Below are positions 62,800 through 64,000 of a stretch of 64,000 bases of DNA, piece by piece (within the stretch, counting starts at the first letter, position 1; each line of letters opens with the position of its first letter). Made by a program: the position numbers and the translations under genes. The stretch is taken from the NCBI GenBank assembly GCA_018335795.1, contig JAGXRP010000058.1:11520-75519 (forward strand). Reading direction: 5' to 3'. The notes below the pieces were generated by a model that worked only from the letters and a program-made list of their open reading frames with translations, was not told where the DNA came from and searched no databases. This DNA comes from Desulfobulbaceae bacterium. GTDB lineage: Bacteria > Bacteroidota > Ignavibacteria > Kapaibacteriales > UBA2268.

Positions 62800-63531
62800 T
62801 TATATTTCCTTTTCCAATGTTTCCCCTGAAAACTCGTAATGAAGTAATATCAGTCTAAACTCCTTTCCAATTTTTGTGTGTAGTGCAGACTTAAGATTGT
62901 TTAATTCAATTATTAACGCTGAATCATTCCAAAAATCTTTACTCAATGGTAAACTTAACATATACTTACTATCCTTCTTTTCAACCCTTACTGCATGTTG
63001 GACAACATCATTAAAATACTCGAAATCAGCTAAAATTTGCCCTATACTTTGTAAGTCCTGTTCAACAATGTCACCTTTGTCATAAAAAATTTCGTGTTTT
63101 AGATTTCCATATTCAATTTTTTCGCCCGGGAAAGCAGGTTCTGAGTATGCAAATATGAAAACTATAATAACAGTAAATATCATTCCAATAATTGTAATAC
63201 CTGCTACATTCCAATTTGACATTTTATTTTCAGGGGCAACAATTTTGTCATTAATTGTATCAGATAGATACCTATTATATATCAAGTAAACAATTCCGGT
63301 ATATAAGGATGTAAATAGAATATTTGGAAGTTTATCAGATATTTCATCAGGAATCTGCATCATTCCATAAAACAACACAATTGTAAACACGAAAGTCAAA
63401 ATTAATGACATTGAAGCCTTGCTATCATCACCAATTCTTTTGAAGTTTATATAAATCAAAATACCCGGGGGAATTGGTCCTCCGAAAAAAGTTGCGGCAT
63501 ATATCTGCTTAGCAGTATAAAATTTTTCCAT
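62800..63531 (-). CDS. Hypothetical membrane protein
   Basis: Three to four TM segments; no motifs. Confidence 0.4.
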   Translation of the reverse strand: MEKFYTAKQIYAATFFGGPIPPGILIYINFKRIGDDSKASMSLILTFVFTIVLFYGMMQIPDEISDKLPNILFTSLYTGIVYLIYNRYLSDTINDKIVAPENKMSNWNVAGITIIGMIFTVIIVFIFAYSEPAFPGEKIEYGNLKHEIFYDKGDIVEQDLQSIGQILADFEYFNDVVQHAVRVEKKDSKYMLSLPLSKDFWNDSALIIELNNLKSALHTKIGKEFRLILLHYEFSGETLEKEI

Positions 63532-63540
63532 AATGTTTAG

Positions 63541-63717
63541 TTATTTCAATATTACTTTATAATTTACTGGAGTAGTACATATTTTTGTCAATTCTCCTTT
63601 TATTTTCAAAATTTTACCTTTATCTTTTTCTTCATCATATTCATAAACACGGTATAAGAAGTAACTATCCTTTTCAAGTATACTTTTTTCTAATTCGTTT
63701 CTAGTAATAAAGAAGGT
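63541..63717 (-). pseudogene. 3' fragment (59 codons) of a gene with DUF3883-like C-terminus, truncated by IS insertion
   Basis: Translates TFFITRNELEKSILEKDSYFLYRVYEYDEEKDKGKILKIKGELTKICTTPVNYKVILK*; open frame abuts the IS3 left terminal repeat at 63718. Confidence 0.35.
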
Positions 63718-64000
63718 TGAAATGACCTTCCCCTAATAGAGTGGACATTAGGAAAAGAGATGAAAACTAGTTAGATTTGAGAAAAACGGAGGTCAAAAAT
63801 GGAAAAAGTAAAAAGAACATACGACAAAGAATTTAAAATAAATACTGTAAAACTGATATTAAGCAAACAAAAGCGAATATCGGAATTATCAAGAGAACTT
63901 GGTATAAACGAAAATACCTTGCATCTCTGGAAGCAACGGTATTTGAAAGATGCTGAAGGTGCATTCCCCGGTAAAGGACACCAAAGCCCTATAGATTCAG
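63718..64000 (+). mobile_element. IS3-family insertion sequence, left end (continues beyond window)
   Basis: Terminal TGAAATGACCTTCCCCTAATAGAGTGGACA (IS3-type IR: TG...TGGACA) followed 80 bp later by orfA. Confidence 0.6.
63799..64000 (+). CDS. IS3-family transposase OrfA (HTH), 5' partial
   Basis: MEKVKRTYDKEFKINTVKLILSKQKRISELSRELGINENTLHLWKQRYLKDAEGAFPGKGH: classic IS3/IS911 OrfA. Confidence 0.7.
   Translation, partial: MEKVKRTYDKEFKINTVKLILSKQKRISELSRELGINENTLHLWKQRYLKDAEGAFPGKGHQSPIDS

Noticed and set aside
62762-62800. CTAGC-N10-GCTAG hairpin between the PHP gene and the convergent membrane-protein gene as a bidirectional terminator
   Set aside because: The stem is only 5 bp with weak T/A runs, which is insufficient.

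Overview
The window is a low-GC (~38%) bacterial chromosomal segment whose gene content points to the Bacteroidota/Ignavibacteriota-like (FCB) lineage. At least seven predicted secreted proteins end in type-IX-secretion C-terminal sorting domains, and a DUF2723 membrane protein is present. Coding density is high and most genes are housekeeping. These include a tryptophanase/tyrosine-phenol-lyase-family gene, a fused E1 alpha/beta 2-oxoacid dehydrogenase, rlmD, queE, msrA, proS, an Omp85/BamA-like protein, a tricorn-like S41 protease, a flotillin/NfeD pair and a tRNA-Arg(CCG). The most unusual locus is 2.6-8.1 kb. It holds a type IIG restriction-modification fusion enzyme (PD-ExK nuclease plus Eco57I-like gamma N6-adenine methyltransferase), translationally coupled to a protein made of five helicase-associated (HA) domains. 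The methyltransferase catalytic core is interrupted in frame by a ~1 kb insertion between the FxxxF region and the NPPY motif. The insertion carries a complete DUF559 (Vsr-like PD-(D/E)xK endonuclease) unit and an array of nested direct repeats built from C5/G5 hairpins. The locus is bracketed by four-tract G-quadruplex motifs, and a related tandem hairpin-repeat array that shares a GGGGTTAGGGG core. Other notable features are a tandem-fused double adenylate kinase whose second P-loop is degenerate; an SpoIIAB/SpoIIAA-type partner-switching pair; an operon pairing a cytoplasmic CheR-like methyltransferase with a BtuF-like binding protein; and a 15 kb run of five co-directional T9SS cargo genes that includes a 2676-aa Pmp-like/Ycf48-like chimeric giant. 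A glycosylation cluster carries two GT2 polyprenyl-phosphate glycosyltransferases, a GT9 and a GT-C-like DUF2723-TPR protein. An IS3-family element at the right edge truncates a small gene fragment. No CRISPR array and no rRNA were found.
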